This document shows positions 63,153-64,000 of a stretch of 64,000 nucleotides of DNA, piece after piece. The notes below the pieces were generated by a model. The model saw nothing but the letters and a program-made list of their open reading frames with translations. It was not told where the DNA came from and ran no database searches. Both the position numbers and the translations under genes were made by a program. How positions within the stretch are numbered: the first letter of the stretch is position 1; every line of letters starts with the position of its first letter. Source of the stretch: an uncultured delta proteobacterium (GTDB taxonomy: Bacteria; Desulfobacterota; Syntrophobacteria; Syntrophobacterales; Syntrophobacteraceae); contig CAWEHK010000041.1 in the NCBI GenBank assembly GCA_963808625.1, forward strand, positions 55,853 to 119,852, read 5' to 3'.

Positions 63153-64000
63153 ATGACTTATTCATCTTTGACCCACACACAAGAACCGGTGCTCATCCTC
63201 GAACCCGGGCGCACGGAGAAAAACTACTGGGCCGACCTCTGGCGCTACCGGGAGCTTTTTTTAATTCTTGCCTGGCGTGATATCTCCGTGCGCTACAAGC
63301 AAACCATCATCGGGATTCTCTGGGCAATTCTCAGGCCCTTTCTCACGATGGTGGTTTTTACCGTCATTTTTAGCCGAATCGCCAAACTCCCCAGCGATGG
63401 AAGCGCGCCATACGCACTGATGGTCTTTGCCGCCATGCTCCCCTGGTCCCTTTTCTCAAACGCGCTGAGTGAATCGTCCAACAGTCTGATCAGTAACGCC
63501 AATCTGATCGGCAAAGTCTACTTCCCCAGACTGATCATTCCCGCGGCGACCCTGGTAACCGCTTTCTTGGATTTCCTCATCAGTTTCATTATCATGGTCG
63601 GAATGATGGCCTATTATCAATTCGCCCCCAGCTGGCAAATGCTGTTGCTGCCGTTCTTCATCATCCTGGCCTTGTTGGCCAGCCTGGGCCCCGGTCTCTG
63701 GATTACCGCGCTCAATGTGAAATACCGGGATTTCCGCTATATCATTCCGTTTCTGGTGCAGTTCGGTCTCTATGTTTCCCCGGTGGGATTCAGCAGCAAG
63801 GTCGTCCCGGAGCAATGGCGACTGCTTTACGGCCTCAATCCCATGGTGGGGGTAATCGACGGTTTCCGCTGGTGCCTCCTCGGCGGCGACAGCCCCATTT
63901 ACGTTCCCGGCTTCATTGCTCAGCCTCGCTATTATTGTATTCTTTCTCTGGCTGGGCGTGTCCCGTTTCCGGAAGACGGAAAAAACTTTTGCAGATCTGA
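63153..64000 (+). CDS. wzm: ABC-2 polysaccharide export permease (runs to window edge; frameshift near 63915)
   Basis: Manual translation: DLWRYRELFLILAWRDISVRYKQT..., NLIGKVYFPR, LNVKYRDF, LNPM, FRKTEKTFAD. Confidence 0.92.
   Translation, partial: MTYSSLTHTQEPVLILEPGRTEKNYWADLWRYRELFLILAWRDISVRYKQTIIGILWAILRPFLTMVVFTVIFSRIAKLPSDGSAPYALMVFAAMLPWSLFSNALSESSNSLISNANLIGKVYFPRLIIPAATLVTAFLDFLISFIIMVGMMAYYQFAPSWQMLLLPFFIILALLASLGPGLWITALNVKYRDFRYIIPFLVQFGLYVSPVGFSSKVVPEQWRLLYGLNPMVGVIDGFRWCLLGGDSPIYVPGFIAQPRYYCILSLAGRVPFPEDGKNFCRS

Noticed and set aside
1..64000. Many split genes (mlaD, hisH, glnD, ndk, acs, dacA, rmuC and others) as pseudogenes or programmed frameshifts
   Set aside because: Single-base indels, often in short homopolymers, hit housekeeping genes whose motifs are otherwise intact; best explained as uncorrected long-read errors

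Overview
A GC-rich, mostly core-genome bacterial segment. Gene content (cysteine synthase-CysRS fusion, CoA-transferase-GNAT fusion, CooT, DUF748, FmdB, Mrp) suggests an anaerobic deltaproteobacterium, probably Syntrophobacterales-like; this is inference. In order it holds coaBC (partial), an mlaBFED-like cluster, an Lpp/OprI-like lipoprotein with an L,D-transpeptidase, fba, the cysteine synthase-CysRS-like fusion, a phosphomannomutase, hisFH, a glnD-like gene, two MltD-like paralogs, ndk, an acs/deacetylase/CBS/GNAT/cobB cluster, the tol-pal operon, a TamA-like gene, a patch of toxin-antitoxin genes and remnants, DUF748, dacA, mrp, amrB-amrA, trmJ, cooT, rmuC and the start of an O-antigen ABC exporter. 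Many genes carry single-base frameshifts that look like long-read errors. Best leads: (1) two adjacent small genes at 48964-49433 (minus strand), each with an in-frame UGA followed exactly 13 nt later by a SECIS-like hairpin, i.e. a candidate selenoprotein pair, one of which is absent from the ORF track; (2) three multidomain proteins with a catalytically degenerate domain; (3) a heptamer tract inserted in frame into amrB between 34-bp duplications; (4) two four-layer nested miniature-element structures. Family assignments come from motif recognition only; no searches were run.
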